The notes under the pieces were generated by a model. It worked only from the letters and a program-made list of their open reading frames with translations. It searched no databases and had not been told where the DNA came from. A DNA stretch of 64,000 nt from Pseudomonadota bacterium (GTDB lineage: Bacteria; Desulfobacterota; Anaeroferrophillalia; Anaeroferrophillales; Tharpellaceae), in NCBI GenBank assembly GCA_011049115.1, contig DSCM01000133.1, positions 6,849-70,848 of the forward strand. Reading direction: 5' to 3'. The translations under genes and the position numbers were made by a program. This document shows positions 18,813-27,307 of this stretch, in pieces (position 1 is the first letter of the stretch; every line of letters starts with the position of its first letter).

Positions 18813-20825
18813 TTAAAGCAGGCCGGCGAAGATCTCGGCAAAAGGAAGCAGGGTCGTCAGCATGAGTAAAACGGCCACGACGACATACAGAACATAGAGA
18901 CGCGTCTGTCCCTGCTGGAAACGATAAAACCAGCGCAGCTGCCTTTTGAGCCGACAGAAACCCGGAATCAGCGCCCGATCCAGAACCAGCTCGGCGACAT
19001 GGCTATGCAGACGGCTTCTCTCCGGCATTACGCCTCTGATTTCAGGCCCCCTGACTTCAGGTTTGAGAACCCAGACGAACAAGCCCAGTAAAGTCCGGGC
19101 AAACGATGAGGCCGTGTATTGCATCCTGGCCGTCGGCGCGGCGTAACCACAATCCCAGGTGACCACTTTGCGCCGCGACCACGGCTTGCGACAACGGCGA
19201 AAGCAAAGAACCGGAAGTAAAACCAGGCTCAGCAGAAGAAACGCCGACCAACTGATGGCGGAAAAGGGAATCAAGCCCGCCAGGGTCGGACTGTAGGTCG
19301 ACAACGAAACCGGCAACCAGGCGGCGATAGCCTGCTCAAGCACCGGAACCATCAGCCCCGGCGCCAGGCCCAGAACCAGACATAATCCGGCCAGAACCAG
19401 CATGGAAGCAAGCATGACGCCGGGCGCTTCAGGGGCCGACGCCGCCGCCGGACTGCGCGGCGTCCCCAGAAAAACCGCGCCATAGACCTTGACGAAACAA
19501 GCTATGGCCAAGGCCCCGATCATGGCCAGAACCGGAGCTGCGACCCCCACCATCAAACCAGAATTTCCCGGAACCATAAAGGTTTTAAAAACCCCCAGAT
19601 AAACAAAAAACTCACTGACAAAACCATTCAAAGGCGGCAGACCGCAGATAGCCACGGCCCCGATCAGAAAGAGAACCGCCGTCCAGGGCAGGCGTTGCGC
19701 AAGCCCCCCCAGCTGATCGATGCGGCGGGTATGAGTCGCGTGAACAATCGCTCCTGACCCCAGAAACAGCAACGATTTAAAAAGACTGTGGTTCCAGATG
19801 TGCAACAGACAGCCGGCCATTCCCAGCATAATCCATTCCGGCCGGCCATAGCTGCGGCCGAGCATGGCCAGTCCCAGACCCAGCAAGATAATGCCGATAT
19901 TTTCAACGCTGTGATACGCCAGCAGGCGCTTCAGGTCATGCTGAGCCAAGGCAAAGATAACCCCCAATAAACCGCTCAGGGCTCCGGCCGCCAGAATGAA
20001 CCAACCCCATAAGGCCGGAGGATCAGGCAGCAGGGAAAGGATGCGAATCAAGCCGTAAAGCCCGATTTTCAGCATGACTCCGGACAAGACCGCCGACACA
20101 TGACTGGGCGCGTTCGCGTGCGCACCGGGCAACCAGAAATGCAGCGGCATGATTCCAGCTTTCAGACCAAAACCGACAAAAGCCAGAAAAAACAGGATAT
20201 GGCTCTGCAACCTCGAGACGCTCCCGAGCGCCGGGGAAAAAAAAGCAAATGATCCAGTCAGATGTCGCCAGAAAATAAACAAGCCGAAAAGCACCAGGGT
20301 CCCGAAATGAGTGGCCAGCAGATAAACCAGGCCGCTCTTTCGACATTCTTCAAGCTCGTCTTCCGTCGTAACCAGAAAAAAGGCCGAAAGCGCCATCACC
20401 TCCCAGCCCAGCAGAAAAGCCAGAGCATGCGTACTGACCACCAACAAGGCCATCCCCGCCAGCAAAGTGCCCCAGAAGCAACGCAACCCGGAAGCGTTGT
20501 GTTGGTTTTTCTGCTGCGGCCAATACCCCAGACCAAAGACCGCTCCCAGAAAACCCATCACAAAAATCGGCACCAGGAAAAAGGCGCTCAGAGCGTCAAG
20601 CCCCAGACAGGAACCGCCGGCGGGCGGCCATGGGAAAGCGTGAGCGGTCGAAAAAGCCGACAGGAAAAAAACCCGACCGCTGCCGATCAAACCGGACAAG
20701 GCTCCAAGTCCCAGCAGGAAAACCGCGCTCCGCTCCCCCCAGACCGAAGTCCGCGGCAGAAAAAGCCCGGGCACCCCACTACCGGCCACCAGAATCAGGG
20801 CCAGATTCAGCAAAAAAAAATTCAC
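18813..20825 (-). CDS. HyfB/HycC-like antiporter-type (NuoL family) membrane subunit
   Basis: WEVMALS, GLKAGIMPLHFWLPGAHANAPSHVSA, KRLLAYHSVENIG, WNHSLFKSLLF, PPLNGFVSE, TWDCGY; 670 aa. Confidence 0.92.
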   Translation of the reverse strand: MNFFLLNLALILVAGSGVPGLFLPRTSVWGERSAVFLLGLGALSGLIGSGRVFFLSAFSTAHAFPWPPAGGSCLGLDALSAFFLVPIFVMGFLGAVFGLGYWPQQKNQHNASGLRCFWGTLLAGMALLVVSTHALAFLLGWEVMALSAFFLVTTEDELEECRKSGLVYLLATHFGTLVLFGLFIFWRHLTGSFAFFSPALGSVSRLQSHILFFLAFVGFGLKAGIMPLHFWLPGAHANAPSHVSAVLSGVMLKIGLYGLIRILSLLPDPPALWGWFILAAGALSGLLGVIFALAQHDLKRLLAYHSVENIGIILLGLGLAMLGRSYGRPEWIMLGMAGCLLHIWNHSLFKSLLFLGSGAIVHATHTRRIDQLGGLAQRLPWTAVLFLIGAVAICGLPPLNGFVSEFFVYLGVFKTFMVPGNSGLMVGVAAPVLAMIGALAIACFVKVYGAVFLGTPRSPAAASAPEAPGVMLASMLVLAGLCLVLGLAPGLMVPVLEQAIAAWLPVSLSTYSPTLAGLIPFSAISWSAFLLLSLVLLPVLCFRRCRKPWSRRKVVTWDCGYAAPTARMQYTASSFARTLLGLFVWVLKPEVRGPEIRGVMPERSRLHSHVAELVLDRALIPGFCRLKRQLRWFYRFQQGQTRLYVLYVVVAVLLMLTTLLPFAEIFAGLL

Positions 20826-20848
20826 TCGCGGTTCCTTGGTCTATCGAT

Positions 20849-21535
20849 TCAATTTCGCGCTGGAATTTCACCTTCAATCAGAGTCAGCAGGGCCAGCAGC
20901 TCTTGTTGCGATGCTTTTTCATGTAAGGCATCCTGCAGACGTTGATTGTGTAAAACATAACTGATTCTTGACAATAAATGCAAATGAACTCGCGTCGTCG
21001 TACTGATCAGGGTAAACAGGACGTTTACGGGCTTTCCATCCAGAGCCTGGAAATCTATGGGTTTTTCTAAAAAACAAAGGGTTACCGAAGGCTTTGCGAC
21101 GTTCAAGACCACGGGATTGCGCACATGGGGGATGGCGACTCCCCCCCCGAAACCGGTTGAACCCAGACTTTCCCGCGCCAGAAGCACTTGATAAAGGAAC
21201 TCACGGTCGACCGTTTCGGGCAAATTTAGGAGGGCGACCATCGACCGCAGCACCGACGCCGAATCGTTGCCGGGCAGTTGATAGATTACGCCTCCGTGAC
21301 TAATCGCCTCCACCAAAGAGGGCAGAACCGTCGAACCGTTGCGTCCTTTCTCCAGAAAGCTATCCGGCGCCAACTTCATATGCCGGGCGTTGGCCCATTC
21401 CAGAATCTCGCTGCGCACAAAACGATATTGCTCGTTGATTTTGCGAGATGGAATGATTGACTTTTTAATCCACCGATGAATCGTGTCCTCGGAGACGTTA
21501 AGCAGTTGCGCGATGTCCTGAACCGACAAATTCAT
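20849..21535 (-). CDS. excisionase-type HTH (HTH_17) fused to PTS EIIA (Ntr/fructose-type) domain
   Basis: N-terminal LSVQDIAQLLNVSEDTIHRWI..IPSRKI..YRF; C-terminal LARESLGSTG..GVAIPHVR (phospho-His) and F.ALDGKPV..LF. Confidence 0.88.
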   Translation of the reverse strand: MNLSVQDIAQLLNVSEDTIHRWIKKSIIPSRKINEQYRFVRSEILEWANARHMKLAPDSFLEKGRNGSTVLPSLVEAISHGGVIYQLPGNDSASVLRSMVALLNLPETVDREFLYQVLLARESLGSTGFGGGVAIPHVRNPVVLNVAKPSVTLCFLEKPIDFQALDGKPVNVLFTLISTTTRVHLHLLSRISYVLHNQRLQDALHEKASQQELLALLTLIEGEIPARN

Positions 21536-21603
21536 CAATGAAACTCCTTGAAAAAAATAACCATTTTTTTACTCCGCGGATATCGGGCAATAAAAATCAG
21601 CTC

Positions 21604-22785
21604 TTACTTCGGGGAACGGATATCAAAACGGGGAGCGGCCAGCATTCTGCCGATCTGCTCTTTCAAATCCGTCTGATCCGGGTTTTCACTAGCCTGTTCC
21701 TGCAACAGGTTAAACAAACGACTCTGCTCCAGCGGATGAGCATAGGCTTCCGGAGTGCCGTCCTTCAGTTGAATATGGGCGGCCCAGGGAACAAAATAGG
21801 TGGTTGCCGGAAACCCCTGATACTCGGAGATGTCTACGTTGAGACCCGCCACATAAAGCAGATTTTTATCGGCATACTCATTCCCCCGACGAATGGACTC
21901 CACCGTCCGGGCAAACTCAAGCTGGATATTGATCTTGGCCGCTCTCAACGCCGGGTTGGGAGCGGTGACGATCGTGGGCATGAACTCGATCAGAGATCTT
22001 TCCAGCAGGATAGACTCATCGGTTTCATGGAAAGCTTCCTGAAAAAAGAAAAGGTCATCATACAGATATTCACCGATCGCTTCCCCCTCTCCCCCCTTCC
22101 ACACATAACCTGCGATCTCAAGACGCCGGCGAAAGGATTCGGAAACCTCGTAAGTCTGGCTCGTGGAAAGGGCCGCTATCGGATTGATCCGACCGGCCGC
22201 GTCAATTCTGGCGATGTTCTCCAACCGCAGGACCAGGCCGCTTTTCACCGGATGCAAGGGGAAATCGACAAATGAATTCTTAACGGTTATCAGGTGCCGC
22301 CCCGCATCTTCCCGCCGGAGAAAGATGCGATTTCGGGCAAAATGATATTGTTCGAGATAGGGCGTGATCACATGCGTGATCTTGCCGCAGGAGTTGGAGC
22401 TGCACGAACCTTTCATTTTGGGGCGCACCCATTTTCCGTAAGCACCGGTATGCGGGTCATAGCCCACATGGCTGGCCTGCACGATCAATGAATCCTCGCC
22501 ATGATGGGCATGCGGACCATGGCGGTCAATCGCGACGATGCCGCCCACCCGGCCATGATTAAAAGGAAAGGTGCCGAAATGCTTGGTCAACAGAATAATC
22601 GGCCAGCCCTGATTTTCATCGGAGCAAAAGGCCCGGGAAGGCATGATGTAACCTTTCCTGAACCCCAGGGTCATGCAGAGGTTATAAAGCTTGGGAACGA
22701 ATTCGGCATAGGGAATAGCCAGACCATCCACCGCGAAAGGCGCCAAGGTTCTAACAATATATGGTTTCTGATAAAAATTCGGCAT
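21604..22785 (-). CDS. LCIB/LCIC-family beta-carbonic-anhydrase-like protein (393 aa)
   Basis: ATG at 22785 after GGAGG. LGF...FCSDE...FG..FN.G..GG...SHVG...G..G...RP...SCG matches the order and spacing of LCIB-family motifs as recalled; predicted Zn ligands C54, H106, C133 with D56 and R121. Confidence 0.7.
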   Translation of the reverse strand: MPNFYQKPYIVRTLAPFAVDGLAIPYAEFVPKLYNLCMTLGFRKGYIMPSRAFCSDENQGWPIILLTKHFGTFPFNHGRVGGIVAIDRHGPHAHHGEDSLIVQASHVGYDPHTGAYGKWVRPKMKGSCSSNSCGKITHVITPYLEQYHFARNRIFLRREDAGRHLITVKNSFVDFPLHPVKSGLVLRLENIARIDAAGRINPIAALSTSQTYEVSESFRRRLEIAGYVWKGGEGEAIGEYLYDDLFFFQEAFHETDESILLERSLIEFMPTIVTAPNPALRAAKINIQLEFARTVESIRRGNEYADKNLLYVAGLNVDISEYQGFPATTYFVPWAAHIQLKDGTPEAYAHPLEQSRLFNLLQEQASENPDQTDLKEQIGRMLAAPRFDIRSPK

Positions 22786-22876
22786 TGATTGAACCTCCGG
22801 TAAGCTAAACCGCAACCTGCCTTATCCATGCCTTTCCTTATCTTTCGCCGAGAAAGGCCATGTCCTCGCCTTTTCG

Positions 22877-22922
22877 CAAAAAAGCAAAGTGCCCCTTCTT
22901 AAAAGAGAGGGGCACTTTGCTT
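22877..22922 (-). terminator. intrinsic terminator after ssb, separating it from the CA/Ehr operon
   Basis: AGCAAAGTGCCCCT...AGGGGCACTTTGCT inverted repeat with an A run on the left (T run on the minus strand). Confidence 0.8.
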
Positions 22923-23019
22923 GAGCAACCAGCTTATATAACCAGCCGTTCCTGCATGATCTTTTTCATATCACTCCGTGGCCGCCACTACCCGATTCGA
23001 AGTTCGTTCGGACTCTGAA

Positions 23020-23499
23020 TCAGAAAGGAATATCATCAGGACCGTTGTCGGGAATTGAAGAATGACCATAAGGTGCTGAATTTTCCGCACTCGACTGACC
23101 CCCGGAACCGAAACCACCGCTCCCGCCACCGGCAAAAGCTCCACCTTGGCCGCCACCGGCCGACTGACCGCCGTCCCGCCCCCCCAACATCTGCATGGTG
23201 CCGGCCACGATTTCCGTAGTCCAGCGTTTAACCCCATCCTGTTCCCAGGAACGGGTCTGTAATCTTCCTTCCAGATAAATCTGTTTACCTTTATGAAGCC
23301 ATTTGGCGCAGATTTCAGCCAGCTTGCCGAAAGCGATAATGCGGTGCCATTCGGTTCTTTCCTCCTTTTGCCCGTCCTTAACCCAGCTGTCGGTCGTAGC
23401 CAGGGTGAAAATCGTAAAGGGGTTACCGCTACTCCCATATTTCATTTCGGGATCACCGCCCAGATGCCCGACCAGAATAACCTTGTTTATTCCCGCCAT
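23020..23499 (-). CDS. ssb: single-stranded DNA-binding protein
   Basis: [29 protein letters not shown], Gly-rich linker, C-terminal DDIPF. Confidence 0.96.
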   Translation of the reverse strand: MAGINKVILVGHLGGDPEMKYGSSGNPFTIFTLATTDSWVKDGQKEERTEWHRIIAFGKLAEICAKWLHKGKQIYLEGRLQTRSWEQDGVKRWTTEIVAGTMQMLGGRDGGQSAGGGQGGAFAGGGSGGFGSGGQSSAENSAPYGHSSIPDNGPDDIPF

Positions 23500-23965
23500 C
23501 CTCTCGTCCTCCATGTTGAGCGCTTAAATCCACGCTGATTTTTCAATGCCGACAGCTTGAAGAGTTTAAAACTCCTTCGAGACAAACCAACCTGGAATAT
23601 AATTTGCAGACCGCAGACGACACCATTTCAAAAGTATATTACCACATCGATAATATATCGATTTCAAGGAAGACATCCTCGAAACAATATTTTTATATAC
23701 ATACGACTTTTTTTCCCATTAATCAAGCCGGAAATTTCGGGCAAAATAATATTGTGTTTTTTTATTCATTCTGGTAAGCCTTCTTTGATTATGCAAGGTT
23801 AAACATGCGTTATAAAATCGCCGTCAACCGGGAAAATCGGCGGGAATAAATAAATAATGAAGTTCAACAACCCCCGCGCCGACTTCCGTTTCTAATAAAA
23901 AAACGGTTTTCCAGAGCCGGCGGGGATCAAATCAGCAACGAGGTTTGCCAAGGAGAAATCAGACC

Positions 23966-25096
23966 ATGAGTGAGATCAAAACCGTGGGCGTGGTTGGTTT
24001 CGGCGTCATGGGCGCCGCCATCGCCCTGAATGCCGCCGGAGCCGGCTATCAGGTTATTTACAAGGAACTCAATGATGAACTAGTCGCCGCCATGTTTGAG
24101 CGCTGGGTGACCAAACCATTGAGCAAGAGAGTGGCCCAAGGCAAGATGAGCCAGGGCGAGATGGATGAACTGAGTGGCCGGATAAGCGGCACCAGTCTTT
24201 ACTCGGGACTGCGGGAATGTGATCTTGTCATTGAAGCGGCAATCGAAAAAATGGATCTTAAAATCGAGGTTTTTACCGAGCTCTCCAAGGCCTGCCGCCA
24301 AGACGCCATCCTCGTCAGCAACACTTCAACCTTTCTGATTGAAAAGCTCATGGCCAAAGTCGACAATCCGGGTCGCACCGCCGGCCTGCATTATTTCTTT
24401 CCGGCCAATATCAACCGTTTAGTCGAAGTCATCCGACAGAAGAAAACCAGCGACGACACCTATCACGCCCTAATGGAATTTGCTCGCAGAAACCGTAAAG
24501 TGGCCATCACGGTTAAAGATTTTCCGGGATTTGCCGTCAATCCCGTTTTTATCGCCAGCTATGTCGTTCTCGACAGTTTCCATGGGGATAAATTCAATGC
24601 CATCAGCCTCGAAAGCATTTCCCAGGAAACTCTGGGGCTTAAATTCGGCATCATGTGGGTCCAGAACGGAGCGGGTCTCGGCACCTGCTACCATGCCGGT
24701 GTTTCCATGGCCGCATACCTGCGCGCGGCAGATACCGGCTATCCCGCGATGTGCCCCCAACTGAAGAGTCAGTTTGAAAGCGGTCGTCCCTGGGATATTG
24801 AATCCGGCGTGATCATCGAAGATTCGGCCGCCCGGACCGAGGTCAGGGAACGACTTCTGGGAGCCATTTTTGCCATTTCCACCCATTTGATTGAACACGA
24901 GGTGGTAAGCCCCGACGATCTGGAGCTCGGCATCATCACTTCTCTGGCCTGGCCCAAGGGTCCCCTGACCCTGATGAACGAGCTGGGCATGGAGGAAAGC
25001 TCCCGTCTGGTCAAACTCGCGGTCGCCGCCGGAGATTTCAATCTGCCCCAAAAGTTCGCGGACAACGACCTGAGTCCCTGGAAGTTAAAAAAATAA
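23966..25096 (+). CDS. 3-hydroxyacyl-CoA dehydrogenase family protein
   Basis: GVVGFGVMG, DLVIEAAIE, VSNTST, GLHYFFPA..LVEVI, DFPGFAVN; AAGGAG RBS. Confidence 0.88.
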   Translation: MSEIKTVGVVGFGVMGAAIALNAAGAGYQVIYKELNDELVAAMFERWVTKPLSKRVAQGKMSQGEMDELSGRISGTSLYSGLRECDLVIEAAIEKMDLKIEVFTELSKACRQDAILVSNTSTFLIEKLMAKVDNPGRTAGLHYFFPANINRLVEVIRQKKTSDDTYHALMEFARRNRKVAITVKDFPGFAVNPVFIASYVVLDSFHGDKFNAISLESISQETLGLKFGIMWVQNGAGLGTCYHAGVSMAAYLRAADTGYPAMCPQLKSQFESGRPWDIESGVIIEDSAARTEVRERLLGAIFAISTHLIEHEVVSPDDLELGIITSLAWPKGPLTLMNELGMEESSRLVKLAVAAGDFNLPQKFADNDLSPWKLKK

Positions 25097-25117
25097 CCCC
25101 TAAAAGTGCCGTCTTTC

Positions 25118-25166
25118 TTAAAGAGCGTGAAGAATCTTTAAACAAAAGATTCTTCACGCTCTTTAA
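25118..25166. terminator. 22-bp perfect inverted repeat between convergent genes (bidirectional terminator)
   Basis: TTAAAGAGCGTGAAGAATCTTT-N5-AAAGATTCTTCACGCTCTTTAA; contains the stop codon of the minus-strand gene. Confidence 0.75.
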
Positions 25167-26872
25167 ATTTTGGCGTCAAATCTTCCGGTCGCAGCAGCAC
25201 CGTCAGCCCTTTTCTTGCGGGCAACTATCTCTTGGGCCAGCCTGAGAATTTCAGCAAAAGGATGGTGAACCTGCGTGGTATTGATGGTGATAATCGTATC
25301 GGTAATCGTGCCGTACCGGGTCGGATCTCCACTCTCATGAAGATGATGGGAAATTATATCCCGCAATTCGGTTTCCGTGCCCATCATGATATGGCGTTCA
25401 TTCTCGGCGATCAGATCTTTGATGCGAGGCCTCTGCCGGGTGCGAATAAAGAACTGGGCTCCCAGGGTGGCGGCTCGCAGGGCATGCCCGCTGTCCCAGC
25501 CAATCGCTTTCAAGGCAATGAAAATTCCGGCGAAGGTATCCCCGGCGCCCAGGGTTGACACCAACTCATCGACAAAATCATCCCCGCAGATAATCCGGCG
25601 ATCGGCATAACGCATGCGAAAAATCGTGTCTTCAGGCATGCGGGCCTTCCGCCAATAAAGCTGAGCCCGTGCCGGAGTCAGGCGCTCGGTATAACGAACC
25701 CCTTTGCTACCCTCGGTCAACAGCAAACGACCGCCCTTATTATTCTCTCCCTTTTTACCTTGATTCATCTGGCGCACAAGTTGACTGCAGGTCAAATCAA
25801 TCCCTCGCCGCCGAACCACGCTGTCCATAAGCAACAATTCATCGGTATTTAAAATCAGGTACTGAATAAATGGAATTATCGCATCATGAATAAGTTCCTC
25901 ACGGCTGTTGAAAAAACGTTCCTGACGCGAAGTATAGTAACGCGAAGCAACCAGCTCGTCCATGCAGCGGAACAAAGTTTTGGTCGGGCAGAAATACGTC
26001 TGTACGGCGCTGGCATACGCCGTATGCAGAAGTCTGCAGACCAGACGCAGTTCCTCCGGGTTGGTCAGCGAATTAACAATCAGATTGGTGTCGACGAACT
26101 CACTGTCTTTGCGCAGCTTATACTCAAGATCAAAATAACGTTGCGCCAGTCGTTCAACCGGAATGATCTCTTCGTTGGTCTGGTTAGAGAGCACGATGCG
26201 ATCCAGAGTCTTGCCCTCATCGTTCTCGATCGTTAAAACATAGCTCGTTCTGGGCACCAGATTTTCAACATGCATTTCCGGAATATCGCCGATCTTAACC
26301 TGATTATCCTGATAAAAGTTTTTCACAAGCTTGAACATGGGATTCTTGACATCAAAGAAAAACAGATGTTCGAACTCAATCGCCGAACTCTCGGCTTTAA
26401 GCTCAGCCGAGTTGTAAAGACAGCGAATTGCATCAATCAGGTTACGATTATTGCCCCCCAACTGCACCTTGGCCTTGCGCTTGACCAAAACCTTGTGCAG
26501 ATCCTTTTCCGTCCGAATAACGTCAGGATAAACAGCGTTAAGCCCCTTGAGCAGGGACGGCAGATCCGAAACCCGCAGATCGGCTGACTTGCGTTCCCCA
26601 TGCTTACCACCAAAAGCCATGGTATAGTATAATTTTTCATTAACCTTCTGCACTTCGCAGGCCGCCAGAGGGTTGACTATCAGCATTGCTTCGCGGCCAT
26701 CGACCTGACAACAGAAAACCGTTCCCAAAGGCAACAGTATCTTATCGTCAATCATGATAATATCATTATTGACGGCCGCCCGAATCTCCTCCAAAGAAGG
26801 TTCGATCATGTAATCGAAAACCGGAATTCCCCCTAAAAAAACAAAGCGACTTTGCGTTTTTTTATCAGCCAT
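25163..26872 (-). CDS. large, divergent PfkB/ribokinase-fold protein
   Basis: FVFLGGIPVFDY, QLGGNNRN, ILNTDE, LTEGSKG and STLGAGDTF occur in PfkB order; ATG at 26872 after GAGGA. Confidence 0.65.
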   Translation of the reverse strand: MADKKTQSRFVFLGGIPVFDYMIEPSLEEIRAAVNNDIIMIDDKILLPLGTVFCCQVDGREAMLIVNPLAACEVQKVNEKLYYTMAFGGKHGERKSADLRVSDLPSLLKGLNAVYPDVIRTEKDLHKVLVKRKAKVQLGGNNRNLIDAIRCLYNSAELKAESSAIEFEHLFFFDVKNPMFKLVKNFYQDNQVKIGDIPEMHVENLVPRTSYVLTIENDEGKTLDRIVLSNQTNEEIIPVERLAQRYFDLEYKLRKDSEFVDTNLIVNSLTNPEELRLVCRLLHTAYASAVQTYFCPTKTLFRCMDELVASRYYTSRQERFFNSREELIHDAIIPFIQYLILNTDELLLMDSVVRRRGIDLTCSQLVRQMNQGKKGENNKGGRLLLTEGSKGVRYTERLTPARAQLYWRKARMPEDTIFRMRYADRRIICGDDFVDELVSTLGAGDTFAGIFIALKAIGWDSGHALRAATLGAQFFIRTRQRPRIKDLIAENERHIMMGTETELRDIISHHLHESGDPTRYGTITDTIITINTTQVHHPFAEILRLAQEIVARKKRADGAAATGRFDAKI

Positions 26873-27026
26873 GACAATCCTCATCTAAATCATACTTGAT
26901 TTTCATTGTTGATTCGTGCTAAAGGGCACAGCCTCACTGAGGCTTTAACTAAACAGAGAGCATCGTTGCGCTTGAGGTTCTCTTAATATTTACGATAAAC
27001 CAGCCAATTCGACGGAGTATTTAAAG

Positions 27027-27212
27027 ATGGCCAGAGTCTGTGATATCTGCGGTAAAAAACCGCTTGTCGGCAATAACGTTAGTCATGCTCACAATAAAAC
27101 CAAAAAAGTCTGGCGGCCCAATCTGCAGGAAGTCAGGGCCACGATTGACGGACAGAGCCGCAAGATTAAAGCCTGCACCCGTTGTATCCGCTCCGGCGCG
27201 ATCACTAAATAA
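27027..27212 (+). CDS. rpmB: 50S ribosomal protein L28 (Cys-containing form)
   Basis: [28 protein letters not shown]...CTRCIRSG. Confidence 0.96.
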   Translation: MARVCDICGKKPLVGNNVSHAHNKTKKVWRPNLQEVRATIDGQSRKIKACTRCIRSGAITK

Positions 27213-27236
27213 TCCAAGCCTTATTTCGACCTCTGC

Positions 27237-27271
27237 AAAACCGGTACCGGATATCCGGTACCGGTTTTTTT
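27237..27271. terminator. bidirectional terminator between rpmB and relA
   Basis: AAAACCGGTACCGGATATCCGGTACCGGTTTT perfect 32-bp palindrome followed by further Ts. Confidence 0.75.
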
Positions 27272-27307
27272 GGGTTTATCCCGGGTTGCCGGCCACCGCG
27301 GCAACCG

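Noticed and set aside
11333..20825. Calling the operon hydrogenase-4/formate hydrogenlyase
   Set aside because: The large subunit lacks both Ni-binding CxxC motifs and a maturation tail; no fdh or hyp genes in the window.
21551..21570. AAAAAAAT-AACC-ATTTTTTT hairpin as a terminator splitting the CA-like gene from the Ehr genes
   Set aside because: The all-AT stem is too weak for a typical intrinsic terminator; an operator role cannot be excluded.
21538..22275. 245-aa plus-strand ORF, and many similar long antisense ORFs (e.g. 7836-8840, 12890-13792, 28424-29470)
   Set aside because: Shadow frames opposite well-supported genes in GC-rich DNA; no motifs.
7956..22785. Genomic island integrated at tRNA-Phe
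   Set aside because: No adjacent integrase, no duplicated tRNA 3' end noticed, and the Ehr operon lies on the 5' side of the tRNA.
22815..22840. sigma54 promoter upstream of the CA-like gene
   Set aside because: GG-N10-GC spacing exists on the minus strand but the -12 element lacks TTGC; insufficient.
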